Shown: positions 1 to 9,694, counted from the first letter of the stretch. The stretch: 64,000 nucleotides of DNA from Thermoleophilaceae bacterium (GCA_019683805.1 JADGHQ010000005.1:6909-70908); one strand, 5' to 3'. Notes: generated by a model from the sequence alone, not told the origin. Translations and numbers: made by a program.

Positions 1-1
1 C

Positions 2-358
2 GACCTCGTGCTGCCCCGCCTCACGCTGGTGGCCGACACGGTCGAGGAGGCCCGGCGCCGCGCGCTGCCCGGGATCCGCGCCATGTTCGAGACCTACCAG
101 TCGTGGGGCCTCCCGGTCGACTTCACTGCCGCGCTGCGCGACTGGTCGCTGCTCGACGAGCTCGTGATCGTCGGGGACCCCGCGCGCTGCGCCGAGCAGG
201 CCCGCCGGTACGCCGAGCTCGGGGTCACGGACCTGATGCTGCAGTACCAGCTCCCGGGGCTTGATCCCGCCGTGGCGGGGGAGTCGCAGGCGCGCTTCCT
301 GCAGGAGTGCGCGCCGCTGGTCGAGACGGGCGATGAGAAGGAGGACGCGGTCGGATGA
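2..358 (+). CDS. Luciferase-like (LLM class) flavin/F420-dependent oxidoreductase, C-terminal fragment; the 5' end lies outside the window
   Basis: The frame is open from the window edge. The tail ...LVIVGDPARCAEQARRYAELGVTDLMLQ... resembles the C-terminus of LLM TIM-barrel oxidoreductases. The stop overlaps the next start (ATGA). Confidence 0.5.
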   Translation, partial: DLVLPRLTLVADTVEEARRRALPGIRAMFETYQSWGLPVDFTAALRDWSLLDELVIVGDPARCAEQARRYAELGVTDLMLQYQLPGLDPAVAGESQARFLQECAPLVETGDEKEDAVG

Positions 359-1362
359 GCCGGAACAAGCGCGCGGTGGCCGAGGCGGTGGCTCGCGGCG
401 ATCGGGAACCGGAGCCGCTCGAGCTGTACCGCCAGATGCTGCTCATCCGCCGCTTCGAGGAGGCGGTGCAACGGCTCTTCCAGAGAGGCGAGGTGCACGG
501 CACGACCCACCTCTACTCCGGACAGGAGGCGGGAGCGGTGGGCGTCTGCAGCGTCCTGCGGGAGGGCGACCGCGTCGCCGGCACGTACCGCGGGCATGGG
601 CACGCGCTCGCGCTCGGAGTCGATCCGCAGGCGCTGATGGACGAGCTGCTCGGCCGCGCGACGGGCGTCTGCGCGGGCCGCGCGGGATCGATGAACATCG
701 TCGACCTCGCTCACGGGCTGATCGGGTGCTTCGGCATCGTCGGCGGCTCCATCGCCGCCGCGACCGGAGCGGCGCTGGCGCTCGAGAGGCAGGGCCTCGA
801 CAACGTGGCCGTCGCCTTCTTCGGGGAAGGCACCGCCAACCAGGCGTACTTCGCCGAGTGCCTCAACTTCGCGCAGGTGCTCCGCCTGCCGGTGGTGTTC
901 GTCTGCGAGAACAACCGCTACATGGAGTTCACCCCGATCGAGGACGTGACCGCCGGCAGCATCCGGGCTCGGGCCGAGGTCCTGGGGCTCCTCGCGACGA
1001 CGGTCGACGGCATGGACGTGCGCGCCGTGCGCGCAGCGGCCGCGACCGCGGTCGAGCACGCGCGCTCGGGGGCGGGTCCGGCGTTCGTCGAGACTCTCAC
1101 GTACCGCTTCGTCGGCCATTCTCGCAGCGACCCCGGCCACTACCGCAAGCCAGGGGAGCTCGACGAGATGCTCGAGCGCGATCCCCTCAAGATCGCACGC
1201 GCGTGGCTCCTCGACAGCGGCGAGGCGTCCGAGGAGGAGCTCGACGCCGCCGAGGCGTGGGCGGCCGCGCGCATCGACGAGGTGACCGAGCGGGCGCTGG
1301 CGGCGCCGTTCCCGGCCCCGGACGCGGGCGCGCGCGAGTACAAGGAGAGCTTCGCGGCGTGA
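355..1362 (+). CDS. Thiamine-diphosphate-dependent 2-oxoacid (acetoin/pyruvate-type) dehydrogenase E1 alpha subunit
   Basis: 335 aa. It has an E1-alpha layout with the TPP-binding region FFGEGTANQ...VVFVCENNRY. E2 and E1-beta genes follow. Confidence 0.85.
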   Translation: MSRNKRAVAEAVARGDREPEPLELYRQMLLIRRFEEAVQRLFQRGEVHGTTHLYSGQEAGAVGVCSVLREGDRVAGTYRGHGHALALGVDPQALMDELLGRATGVCAGRAGSMNIVDLAHGLIGCFGIVGGSIAAATGAALALERQGLDNVAVAFFGEGTANQAYFAECLNFAQVLRLPVVFVCENNRYMEFTPIEDVTAGSIRARAEVLGLLATTVDGMDVRAVRAAAATAVEHARSGAGPAFVETLTYRFVGHSRSDPGHYRKPGELDEMLERDPLKIARAWLLDSGEASEEELDAAEAWAAARIDEVTERALAAPFPAPDAGAREYKESFAA

Positions 1363-2636
1363 GCGTCGCCCAGGCCGTCGAAGTAGTGATGCCGCGCCTC
1401 TCCGACTCGATGGAGGAGGGGACGATCGTGCGCTGGCTCAAGAGGTCCGGCCAGAGCGTCTCCCGCGGCGAGGCGATCGCCGAGATCGAGACCGACAAGG
1501 CGACGATGGAGTTCGAGGCCGAGGCCGACGGCGTGCTCGAGATCGTCGCGCAGGAAGGGGACACGCTTCCGCTCGGCTCGCCGATCGCGCGCCTGCTCCC
1601 ACCGGGGTCGACACCGGCTGCGGGCGGCGGGGGCGCGACTGCCGCTCCCGAGCCGTCCGGGGGCCCGAGCGCCGGGGACGCCGGGCGCGCCGGAGCAGCC
1701 GCGAACGGGGCGTCTTCGGGCGCGCGCGCCACCCCGGTGGCGCGCCGCCTCGCCCGCGACCTGGGGATCGACCTCCGCGCGGTCACCCCGAGCGGGCGGC
1801 GAGGGCAGATCATGAAGGCGGACGTGCTGGCGGCGGCGGCCGCGCGCGACCGGGATGGCGATCGGGCCGCCGCGCCCGCGCCCGCAGCCGCGTCGGAGAG
1901 CGCGTCCGCCGGCGCTCGGCCGGGGGCGGCCGCGGTCGAGCCGAGCGGGGCGAAGGGCGAGGTGACCGTGATCGAGCTCTCCCGCCTCCAGCGCACGGTC
2001 GCCTCGCGCATGTCGGAGTCGCGCGCGACGGTCCCGGACTTCACGCTCGAGGTGGACATCGACATGGGCGCGTGCGTCGACCTGCGCGAGCGCCTCAAGG
2101 AGCACGCCGATCCGGCGCCGTCGCTGAACGACATGGTGGTGAAGGCGTGCGCCCTCACGCTGCGCGACCACCCGAACGTCAACGCCGCCTATCGGGACGG
2201 CCGCTTCGAGCGCTACGGACGCGTGAACGTCGGAGTCGCGGTGGCGGGGGAGGACGCCCTGATCGTGCCCGTCGTCCGCGACGCCGACCGCAAGAGCCTC
2301 GGCGAGATCGCCCGCTCTACGCGCGAGCTGGCGCGCCGCGTGCGCGAGGGCACGATCGAGCCCCCGGACCTCGCGGGCGGCACCTTCACCGTCTCGAACC
2401 TCGGCATGTTCGGAATCACGCGCTTCGCCGCCGTGATCAACCCCCCGCAGGCCGCCATCCTCGCGGTCGGGGCGGTGGAGGAGCGGCCGGTCGTCCGTGA
2501 CGGCCGCATCGCCGTGGGCCGCCTGATGACGGTGTCCCTGTCGAGCGATCACCGGATCCTGTACGGCGCCGACGCCGCACGCTTCCTCGCCGACCTGCGG
2601 GCGCGCCTCGAGGCGCCGCTGACGCTGCTGCTGTGA
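1359..2636 (+). CDS. Dihydrolipoamide acyltransferase (E2) with lipoyl domain, E3/E1-binding domain and catalytic domain
   Basis: A GTG at 1359 overlaps the E1-alpha stop (GTGA); an alternative ATG lies at 1389. The lipoyl motif is IETDKATMEFEA, followed by an Ala/Gly/Pro linker and the PSBD ATPVARRLARDLGIDL. The catalytic site reads SSDHRILYGAD. Confidence 0.85.
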   Translation: MSVAQAVEVVMPRLSDSMEEGTIVRWLKRSGQSVSRGEAIAEIETDKATMEFEAEADGVLEIVAQEGDTLPLGSPIARLLPPGSTPAAGGGGATAAPEPSGGPSAGDAGRAGAAANGASSGARATPVARRLARDLGIDLRAVTPSGRRGQIMKADVLAAAAARDRDGDRAAAPAPAAASESASAGARPGAAAVEPSGAKGEVTVIELSRLQRTVASRMSESRATVPDFTLEVDIDMGACVDLRERLKEHADPAPSLNDMVVKACALTLRDHPNVNAAYRDGRFERYGRVNVGVAVAGEDALIVPVVRDADRKSLGEIARSTRELARRVREGTIEPPDLAGGTFTVSNLGMFGITRFAAVINPPQAAILAVGAVEERPVVRDGRIAVGRLMTVSLSSDHRILYGADAARFLADLRARLEAPLTLLL

Positions 2637-2649
2637 GCAAGGAGGGCCT

Positions 2650-3657
2650 ATGAGCGAGATCGAGTTTCGCGATGCCATCAAGCAGGCGCTCGACGAGGAG
2701 CTGGCGCGCGACGAGCGTGTCGTGTTCTTCGGAGAGGACGTGGCCGCTGCGGGCGGCGTCTTCGCGGTGACGGGCGGCCTGCAGGAGGCCCACGGGCCCA
2801 GGCGCGTCTTCGACACGCCGATCTCCGAGCTCGCCATCGCCGGCGCCGCGTTCGGGGCCGCCGTGACGGGCCTGCGGCCGGTGGTGGAGATCATGTTCGG
2901 GGACTTCCTGCACCTCCCGATGGACAGCCTCGTGAACCAGTCCGCCAAGTACTGGTTCATCTCGAACGAGCAGGCGAGCGTGCCGCTCGTCGTGCGCTCG
3001 GCCGTCGGCGCGGGCGGCCGCTTCGGCGCCATCCACTCCCAGATGCCGGTGCCTTGGTTCCAGGGGGTCCCCGGGATCAAGATCGTCTGCCCCGCGACGC
3101 CGCGCGACGCCAAGGGTCTGCTCAAGGCTGCGATCCGGGACGACAACCCGGTGCTGTTCCTGGAGCACAAGCGGCTCTACTCGATGAAGGGGCCGGCGGG
3201 CGAGCCCGGCGAGGTGCTTCCGATCGGGAAGGCCGAGGTGGTGCGGCCGGGCGACGACCTCACGATCGCCACGGCGATGAAGAGCGTGCACGACGCGCTC
3301 GCTGCCGCCGAGGAGCTGCAGGGGGACGGCGTGAGCGCGGAGGTCGTCGACCTCAAGACCCTTCGCCCGCTCGACCTCGCGACCGTGCGCGAGTCGGTGG
3401 TGCGCACCAACCGCCTGCTCGTAGTCGAGGAGGGGCCGCACACAGGCGGCTGGTCCGGCGCGGTGCTCGGGCAGCTGGCCGAAGACGCGCTCGAGCATCT
3501 CGACGACGTCTGGCGCCTCACTACGGCGGATGCCCCGATCCCGTACAGCCCGCCGCTCGAGGACGCCTTCCTGCCGACGGCCGAGCGCATCGTCGCGAGC
3601 GTGCGCGAGCGCCTCGGTCTGGCCGCGCCGAGCAACCCCGTCACGTCGACCGTCTGA
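2650..3657 (+). CDS. 2-oxoacid dehydrogenase E1 beta subunit (transketolase-like)
   Basis: 335 aa. The SD AAGGAGG lies upstream. The N-terminus is typical of E1-beta (AIKQALDEELARDERVVFFGEDV...DTPISE), followed by a C-terminal transketolase-C domain. Confidence 0.9.
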   Translation: MSEIEFRDAIKQALDEELARDERVVFFGEDVAAAGGVFAVTGGLQEAHGPRRVFDTPISELAIAGAAFGAAVTGLRPVVEIMFGDFLHLPMDSLVNQSAKYWFISNEQASVPLVVRSAVGAGGRFGAIHSQMPVPWFQGVPGIKIVCPATPRDAKGLLKAAIRDDNPVLFLEHKRLYSMKGPAGEPGEVLPIGKAEVVRPGDDLTIATAMKSVHDALAAAEELQGDGVSAEVVDLKTLRPLDLATVRESVVRTNRLLVVEEGPHTGGWSGAVLGQLAEDALEHLDDVWRLTTADAPIPYSPPLEDAFLPTAERIVASVRERLGLAAPSNPVTSTV

Positions 3658-3677
3658 TCCCAAACGGAGGAAGATCG

Positions 3678-4139
3678 TTGAGCAAAATCGAGATCGACAG
3701 GCCCGTGCTGGACGACCACCCGCGGAAGGCGCGCCTCGAGGACTTCGGGCCCGGCAAGGGCGCCCGGCCCGAGGATGGCAAGCCGGGCTGGATCGACATG
3801 GACGTGCGCTGGCTCGTCACACGGGATTCGGTCGGATCCCAGCAGTCGGTGTTCGGCGTGACCTACTTCCCGCCGGGCGCGCGCCACGAGGTGCACAGGC
3901 ACGAGAACGCAGAGGAGATCGAGTACCTGATCCAGGGGCACGGCGTCGCGCGGGTCGGCGACGCGGACGTGGCCATGGGACCTGGCGACGCCGTGTACGT
4001 CGCGCGGAACGAGTACCACGGCTTCCGCAACACCTCCGACACGGAGACCGCGGTCATGGCGTGGTGCTACGCCGGTGCCGCGAGCCTCGCCGAGGCGGGC
4101 TACGTCACGGAGGAGGAGGACTCCCGTGCCGGCGCCTAG
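3678..4139 (+). CDS. Cupin domain-containing protein
   Basis: TTG start 7 nt after the SD GGAGGA. The cupin metal motifs read GARHEVHRHENAEEIEYLIQG...YVARNEYHGFRN. Confidence 0.7.
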   Translation: MSKIEIDRPVLDDHPRKARLEDFGPGKGARPEDGKPGWIDMDVRWLVTRDSVGSQQSVFGVTYFPPGARHEVHRHENAEEIEYLIQGHGVARVGDADVAMGPGDAVYVARNEYHGFRNTSDTETAVMAWCYAGAASLAEAGYVTEEEDSRAGA

Positions 4140-4172
4140 GCGTCGGCCAGGCGGCGGCGAGGAGGTCTAGCG

Positions 4173-5234
4173 ATGCGTGCGGTCCGCTACCACGGCGCCC
4201 GTGACATCCGTGTCGAGGACGTTCCGGAGCCGGCCGGGCTCGGTCCCCACGAGCTGCTCGTGCGACCGCGCCTGTGCGGGATCTGCGGAACCGACCTGCA
4301 CGAGTACGTCGCGGGTCCGATCGTGACCCCGACCGAGCCGCATCCGCTCACGGGCGCCAAGAACCCCCAGATCCTCGGTCACGAGTTCTCGGCGGACGTC
4401 GTCGAGGTCGGCAGCGCGGTGACCTCCGCGCGTCCCGGCGACCGGGTCGCGATCATGCCGCTTGCGTTCTGCGGGCAGTGCTACTTCTGCGCCCGCGGCC
4501 TCAATCACCTCTGCACGAAGATGGGCTGCGTCGGGCTGAGCTGGGCCTGGGGCGGGCTCGGCGAGCTCGCCGTCGTGACGGAGTACCAGGTCGCGGTGCT
4601 CCCCGAGAAGCTCTCGTACGAGCAGGGCGCTCTCATCGAGCCGGCGGCGGTCGCCGAGTACGGGATCCGGCGCGGCGGAGTCGCACCGGGCGACAGCGTG
4701 CTCGTCACGGGAGCCGGGCCGATCGGCGCCCTCGCCGTGCTCGCCGCCCGCGCGGCCGGGGCCGGGTCGGTCTACCTGTCGGAGCCGAACCCGGTGCGCG
4801 CCGCGAACGCCGGCGGCCTGGGGGCGGATGAGGTGTTCGACCCGAGCGCGTGCTCGGTCCCCGAGGAGATCAAGCGCCGAACCGGCGGGATCGGCGTCGA
4901 CGTGGCGATCGAGTGCGCCGGCAGCGCGCGCGCCCTCGACGACTGCATCATGGCGACGCGCCGTGCGGGCACGGTCGTCCAGACGGGCCTGCACATAGGT
5001 CCGGCGGAGGTCCGGCCGATGGTCTGGTCCGAGAACGACCTGACGATCGTGGGGACGTGGTGCTACCGCGTGTACGACTGGCCCAGGATCGGCGCTCTCA
5101 TAGAGAGCGGTGCGTTCCCGGTGGAGCGCATCGTGACCGACCGCGTGGGCATGGATGACGTCGTGCCGCGGGGGTTCGACGTCCTGATCGACCCGGCGGG
5201 CGCCCAGATGAAGGTGCTGGTCGAGGTCGGTTGA
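4173..5234 (+). CDS. Zn-dependent medium-chain alcohol dehydrogenase, 2,3-butanediol/sorbitol dehydrogenase-like
   Basis: 353 aa. It carries CGICGTDLHEY, GHEFS, the structural-Zn Cys cluster CGQCYFCARGLNHLC and the Rossmann motif VTGAGPIG. Confidence 0.8.
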   Translation: MRAVRYHGARDIRVEDVPEPAGLGPHELLVRPRLCGICGTDLHEYVAGPIVTPTEPHPLTGAKNPQILGHEFSADVVEVGSAVTSARPGDRVAIMPLAFCGQCYFCARGLNHLCTKMGCVGLSWAWGGLGELAVVTEYQVAVLPEKLSYEQGALIEPAAVAEYGIRRGGVAPGDSVLVTGAGPIGALAVLAARAAGAGSVYLSEPNPVRAANAGGLGADEVFDPSACSVPEEIKRRTGGIGVDVAIECAGSARALDDCIMATRRAGTVVQTGLHIGPAEVRPMVWSENDLTIVGTWCYRVYDWPRIGALIESGAFPVERIVTDRVGMDDVVPRGFDVLIDPAGAQMKVLVEVG

Positions 5235-5304
5235 GGCGGCTCCGTTCGGTCGCCGCCGCGCGCGCCGCGGCAGGGTACGCGCGGCGCGCGCGGAATTCAC
5301 CGGC

Positions 5305-5745
5305 ATGACGCGGACCATCGCCGTCGCCGCGACCGTCCTGGTCGGCGCGTTGATCGCGTTCCAGCCGCCGGTCAACTCCGAGCTCGGCAAGCACACGAGC
5401 GTCGTCGCAGCGGCGTTCATCAGCACGGCGATCTCGGCGCTCGTGCTGGGGCTGATCGCGCTCGCGCTGGGGGAGCTCTCGACCGTGAAGGCGATAGCGC
5501 ACATCAAGCCGGTCTACCTCACCGGCGGCCTGCTGGGGGCCGCCCTCGTCTCCGTCTCCCTGGTGACGGTGAGGACGCTGGGCGCCGGTGGGGTGGTAGC
5601 CGCCACCGTGACCGGCCAGCTCGTCGTGTCGGCGGTTCTCGACCGCTTCGGCGTGCTCGGCCTCAGCCGCGTCGGCTTGACGCCCGGGCGCCTGGCCGGC
5701 TTTGCGCTGCTGCTCGCGGGCACGGCGCTCGTCACGAGCCGGTAG
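5305..5745 (+). CDS. DMT-superfamily small membrane protein (DUF606/YdcZ-like)
   Basis: 146 aa and entirely hydrophobic. The N-terminus ...GALIAFQPPVNSELG... is typical of the YdcZ family. Confidence 0.6.
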   Translation: MTRTIAVAATVLVGALIAFQPPVNSELGKHTSVVAAAFISTAISALVLGLIALALGELSTVKAIAHIKPVYLTGGLLGAALVSVSLVTVRTLGAGGVVAATVTGQLVVSAVLDRFGVLGLSRVGLTPGRLAGFALLLAGTALVTSR

Positions 5746-5806
5746 CGCGCGACCGGCGCCCGCGCGCCCCGCGCGGTGCGCCGGCGCGCCCCGCGCCGCC
5801 GACGAG

Positions 5807-5843
5807 CCCGCACTTCGACACAACATAGGGGGAAAAGTGCGGG
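5807..5843. terminator. Stem-loop between convergent genes (9-bp stem CCCGCACTT/AAGTGCGGG, 19-nt AT-richer loop)
   Basis: The inverted repeat is read directly from the sequence. It sits between the DMT gene (+) and the FAD oxidoreductase gene (-). There is no clear U-tract. Confidence 0.3.
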
Positions 5844-5897
5844 TGGTTCGGGGCGCCGGCGGCGTGCGGGCTGCCGCGGTCGTCCCCGCGCGGGCGC

Positions 5898-7022
5898 TCA
5901 GGCCGCGGCGCGCGCCCGCTCCGGCGCGGGCTCCTGGGCGCCCAGCGCGAACGAGGGGTGGGCGATGTTGAGGTAGTGGTTGAACGACCAGTCGACGAAC
6001 GCCTTCGCCGACATCGCCTTGATCGCCGGGCCGAGCAGGCGGGGCGGCACGCGCGGCACGAGCCTCTGCACGCGCAGCATCCACTTGAACTGCCAGCCGT
6101 GGCCCGCGCTGAAGGCGTGGTAGCTGCGCAGCGCCGCGTCGCGGGTGGCGCGGCCCTCGACCACACGGCGCAGCTCGCGCCCGCACGCGATCCCGAAGTA
6201 GAGCGCCGTGCGGATTCCCTCGGCGGTCAGCGGCAGGCAGTGACCCGCCGAGTCGCCGACGAAGAAGACGCCGCCCTCGGTCGCGTCGCGCAGCTTGTGC
6301 GGGATCCAGTTGCCCTGGTAGCGGACGGCCTCGCGGCCCAGGTCCTCCGCCAGCAGCACGGTGGTGTCGCGCACGTGGAAGTGGGGGTCGAACGAGCCCA
6401 CGCCCACGCGCACCTCGTCGCGGGCGGGGAAGCTCCAGCCGTAGCCCGCCGGCACGTAGCGGCGGTCGATCCAGATCTCGAGGTCGGCGCCCGAGCCGTG
6501 CGGGTGCACCTCGAGCCCCCGCGAGAGCGGCGCGTCGGGCGGCTGGTAGCCGGAGCCGAGCACGCGCCGCCAGCCGAGCGCGTCGACGATCAGCGGGGCG
6601 CGCAGGTCGCCGCGGTCGGTGTGGACGACGTCGCCGCTGCGCCCGTCGACCTTCGCCGTCTCGAACTCGGCGTCGTTCTGGTCGTCGAGCAGCTCGCAGA
6701 GTGTGGGGTAGTCGAACGTCGAGAACGTCCACGGCAGCCGGTAGCGCGCGCTCCCGTGCGGCGTGTGGATCACGAGATCCTCGAAGGTCTGGCGCATCGA
6801 GGCCTCGAGCGACAGCGCCTCGAGCCAGAGGGTCGGCGCGGCGCAGGCGGACGTCTGCCGCTCGCCGATCTCGTAGCGGTCGATCATCATCACGCGCGCG
6901 CCCGAGCCCGCAAGCTCGCGCGCGACGGCGAGCCCGGCGAAGCTCGCGCCGCAGATCAGCACGTCCGCGTCGACCGACAGCGGCGTGCGCTCGGGTCCTC
7001 GCTTGGTCCTGGGTCGCGGCAT
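5898..7022 (-). CDS. NAD(P)/FAD-dependent oxidoreductase, geranylgeranyl-reductase-like family
   Basis: 374 aa. It has the N-terminal dinucleotide fold DVLICGASFAGLAVARELA and a later GDSAG motif. Confidence 0.6.
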   Translation of the reverse strand: MPRPRTKRGPERTPLSVDADVLICGASFAGLAVARELAGSGARVMMIDRYEIGERQTSACAAPTLWLEALSLEASMRQTFEDLVIHTPHGSARYRLPWTFSTFDYPTLCELLDDQNDAEFETAKVDGRSGDVVHTDRGDLRAPLIVDALGWRRVLGSGYQPPDAPLSRGLEVHPHGSGADLEIWIDRRYVPAGYGWSFPARDEVRVGVGSFDPHFHVRDTTVLLAEDLGREAVRYQGNWIPHKLRDATEGGVFFVGDSAGHCLPLTAEGIRTALYFGIACGRELRRVVEGRATRDAALRSYHAFSAGHGWQFKWMLRVQRLVPRVPPRLLGPAIKAMSAKAFVDWSFNHYLNIAHPSFALGAQEPAPERARAAA

Positions 7023-7086
7023 GGGTGCCTGAGGGTATACGCGCGGGCCGGACGGCGGGGCCGCAGGCCCGCTAACCTAGCTCCCA

Positions 7087-8436
7087 GTGCAAGAGACTCC
7101 TACTTTGACCGAACCCCGCGCCGTCGAGGGGTCCAACGGGCTTCTGCTCGAGATCGACGGCCAGATCGTCCCGAACTACGACGCGACGCTCGTGCCCTTC
7201 GAGGAGGGCGACGTCGTGTCGGGCAAGGTCGTCCGCATCGACAAGGACGAGGTCCTCGTCGACATCGGCTACAAGTCCGAGGGCGTCATCCCGAGCAACG
7301 AGCTCTCGATCCGCAAGAACGTCTCGCCGGAGGAGGAGGTCACGCTCGGCGAGGAGGTCGACGCGCTGGTTCTCACGAAGGAGGACCAGGACGGCCGCCT
7401 GATCCTGTCGAAGAAGCGCGCCCGCTTCGAGAAGGCGTGGCGCCGCATCGAGGCCGCCGCCGAGTCCGGCGAGCCCGTCGAGGGCACCGTGATCGAGGTC
7501 GTCAAGGGCGGCCTGATCATCGACCTCGGCGTGCGCGGCTTCCTGCCCGCCTCGCTCGTCGACATCCGCCGCGTGCAGAACCTCGACGACTTCCTCGGCC
7601 AGACGATCGAGTGCAAGGTGATCGAGCTCAACCGCTCGCGCAACAACGTCGTGCTCTCCCGCCGCGCGGTCCTCGAGGAGGAGCGCAAGGAGGTGCGGCA
7701 GCAGATCCTCGACCGGCTCCAGCCGGGCCAGGTCGTCGAGGGCGCGATCTCGAACATCGTCGACTTCGGGGCGTTCGTCGACCTCGACGGCATCGACGGC
7801 CTGATCCACATCTCGGAGCTCTCCTGGAGCCACGTGAACCACCCGAGCGAGATCCTCTCGATCGGCGACGTGGTGCCGGTGAAGGTGCTCGACATCGACC
7901 GCGAGCGCCAGCGCATCTCGCTGGGCCTCAAGCAGACCCAGGAGGATCCGTGGCAGCGGATCGTCCAGAGCTACAACGTCGGCGACGAGCTCGAGGGCAA
8001 GGTCACGAAGGTCGTCAGCTTCGGCGCGTTCGTGGAGATCATGGACGGGGTCGAGGGGCTCGTGCACATCTCGGAGCTCGCCCAGCACCACGTCGAGAAC
8101 CCGCGCGAGATCGTGAACCAGGGCGACGTGGTCATGGTGAAGATCCTCGAGATCGACTCCGAGCGCCGCCGCCTGTCGCTCAGCGTCAAGCGCGTGGAGG
8201 GCCAGAACCTGCCTGTGCGCACCGCCGAGGCTACCCCGGCGGAGGAGGGCGCGGAGCTCGGCGAGGTCCGCGACCTCGGGCTCTCCGACGAGGTGTTCTC
8301 CGAGGGCGAGTCCGCCGAGGCGGGGGCCGAGGAGGCTGCCGAGCCGGCCGAGGAGGCGCAGCCCGCCGACGAGGCTCAGGCCGACGAGGCCGGCCCGGAC
8401 GCCGCGACATCCGAGGGCGAGCAGCCAGCAGGCTAG
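7087..8436 (+). CDS. rpsA: 30S ribosomal protein S1
   Basis: 449 aa with four S1 repeats (G.VV.G.V......G..VD.G..G..H.SE). It has an acidic C-terminal tail, and coaE lies downstream as in Actinobacteria. Confidence 0.95.
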   Translation: MQETPTLTEPRAVEGSNGLLLEIDGQIVPNYDATLVPFEEGDVVSGKVVRIDKDEVLVDIGYKSEGVIPSNELSIRKNVSPEEEVTLGEEVDALVLTKEDQDGRLILSKKRARFEKAWRRIEAAAESGEPVEGTVIEVVKGGLIIDLGVRGFLPASLVDIRRVQNLDDFLGQTIECKVIELNRSRNNVVLSRRAVLEEERKEVRQQILDRLQPGQVVEGAISNIVDFGAFVDLDGIDGLIHISELSWSHVNHPSEILSIGDVVPVKVLDIDRERQRISLGLKQTQEDPWQRIVQSYNVGDELEGKVTKVVSFGAFVEIMDGVEGLVHISELAQHHVENPREIVNQGDVVMVKILEIDSERRRLSLSVKRVEGQNLPVRTAEATPAEEGAELGEVRDLGLSDEVFSEGESAEAGAEEAAEPAEEAQPADEAQADEAGPDAATSEGEQPAG

Positions 8437-8438
8437 CG

Positions 8439-9044
8439 GTGGCCTCCGGCGACGGCCGGATTCCGTTCATAGGGCTCACCGGCGGCATCGGCGCCGGCAA
8501 GTCCGAGGCGCTCGCCGCGCTCGAGCGTCTCGGCGCGGCGACGCTCTCGAGCGACGCGGTCGTGCACGAGCTGCTCCAGAGCGACGAGGTGCGCGACCGG
8601 CTCGTCGAGCGCTTCGGCCCGGAGGTCGCACCGGACGGCGTGGTGGACCGCGCCGCGGTGGCACGGCTCGTGTTCTCGAACTCCGATGAGCGCAAGTGGC
8701 TCGAGGAGGAGCTGTGGCCGCGCGTGGGGCGGCGCATCTGGGACTGGCGCCAGTCGCTCGAGGGCCGGCGCCCGCGCCCGCGCGCGGCGGTCGTGGAGGT
8801 GCCGCTGCTGTTCGAGGCCGGGATGGAGCAGGCCTTCGACCACACGATCGCGGTCGTGGCCGACGAGCGCGTGCGCGAGCTACGCGCGGCGGCGCGCGGC
8901 CACGCGGGGCTCGAGTCGCGCACCTCGCGGCAGCTCAGCCAGGAGGAGAAGGCGCAGCGTGCGGACTTCGTCGTCGTGAACGACGCCGACATCCCCGCGC
9001 TCGAGTCGAAGCTGTCCCAGCTTCTTGCCAACATGGGCAGGTGA
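8439..9044 (+). CDS. coaE: Dephospho-CoA kinase
   Basis: GTG start 3 nt after the rpsA stop. The P-loop reads IGLTGGIGAGKSE, and the PLLFE motif is present. Confidence 0.9.
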   Translation: MASGDGRIPFIGLTGGIGAGKSEALAALERLGAATLSSDAVVHELLQSDEVRDRLVERFGPEVAPDGVVDRAAVARLVFSNSDERKWLEEELWPRVGRRIWDWRQSLEGRRPRPRAAVVEVPLLFEAGMEQAFDHTIAVVADERVRELRAAARGHAGLESRTSRQLSQEEKAQRADFVVVNDADIPALESKLSQLLANMGR

Positions 9045-9694
9045 CCTACGGATCGGCCAGAGCCGTCCGGCGGCGCGCGGCGCGCCGAAGCCCCGCGCGC
9101 TCGCGCGCGATCGCCCGCCGGCGGCGCCTGGCGGCCGCGGCGCTGCTCGTCGCCGTCGTGGGGGCTGCGGTCGCCCTCGCGGTCCGACTCGGCCCCGATG
9201 CGGTGCGTGAGCTCTACCTGCCGCTCCGGCACGAGGACGTGATCCGCCAGCAGGCGCGCGACAAGGGGCTCGACCCCGCCCTGATCGCGGCCGTCATCTA
9301 CCAGGAGTCGAAGTTCCGCGACCGCACCTCCGCCGCGGGTGCCAAGGGCCTGATGCAGATCCTCCCCGACACCGCGAGGTTCATCGCGCGCAAGTCGGGC
9401 GGCACGCGCTTCGAGCTGCGCGACCTCGGCACCCCGCAGATCAACATCGCCTACGGGTCGTGGTACCTGCGCTACCTGATGCAGCGCTACGCCGGCGACG
9501 AGAAGCTCGCCGTGGCGGCGTACAACGCCGGCGAGCGCAACGTCGACCGCTGGGTAGAGGCGGCCGGCGGGCCCGAGCGCTTCGACGCCGAGCGCGACAT
9601 CCCGTTCCCGGAGACGCGCGCGTACGTCGCGGGCGTGCTCGCCAAGGAGGAGGAGTACCGGAGGTCCTACGCGCACGAGCTCGGGCTCGACTAG
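9041..9694 (+). CDS. Membrane-anchored lytic transglycosylase (SLT domain)
   Basis: The GTG start overlaps the coaE stop (GTGA). A basic N-terminus plus one TM segment precedes the SLT motifs ES.F...S.AGA.GLMQI and AYNAG. Confidence 0.8.
   Translation: MTYGSARAVRRRAARRSPARSRAIARRRRLAAAALLVAVVGAAVALAVRLGPDAVRELYLPLRHEDVIRQQARDKGLDPALIAAVIYQESKFRDRTSAAGAKGLMQILPDTARFIARKSGGTRFELRDLGTPQINIAYGSWYLRYLMQRYAGDEKLAVAAYNAGERNVDRWVEAAGGPERFDAERDIPFPETRAYVAGVLAKEEEYRRSYAHELGLD

Noticed and set aside
1140-3170. Very long antisense or off-frame ORFs in the track. Examples are 1140..3170(-), 261..2636(+) upstream part, 5958..9044(+) upstream part, 13061..15883(-), 27375..31562(-), 36253..39309(-) upstream part, 47431..50718(-) and 61405..63843(-).
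   Set aside because: They lie opposite or out of frame to genes with unmistakable family motifs. They translate to Arg/Pro/Gly/Ala-rich low-complexity strings and are the expected stop-codon-poor shadow frames of a very GC-rich genome. Where a real gene shares the frame (E2, coaE, the ABC exporter), only the downstream part was called.
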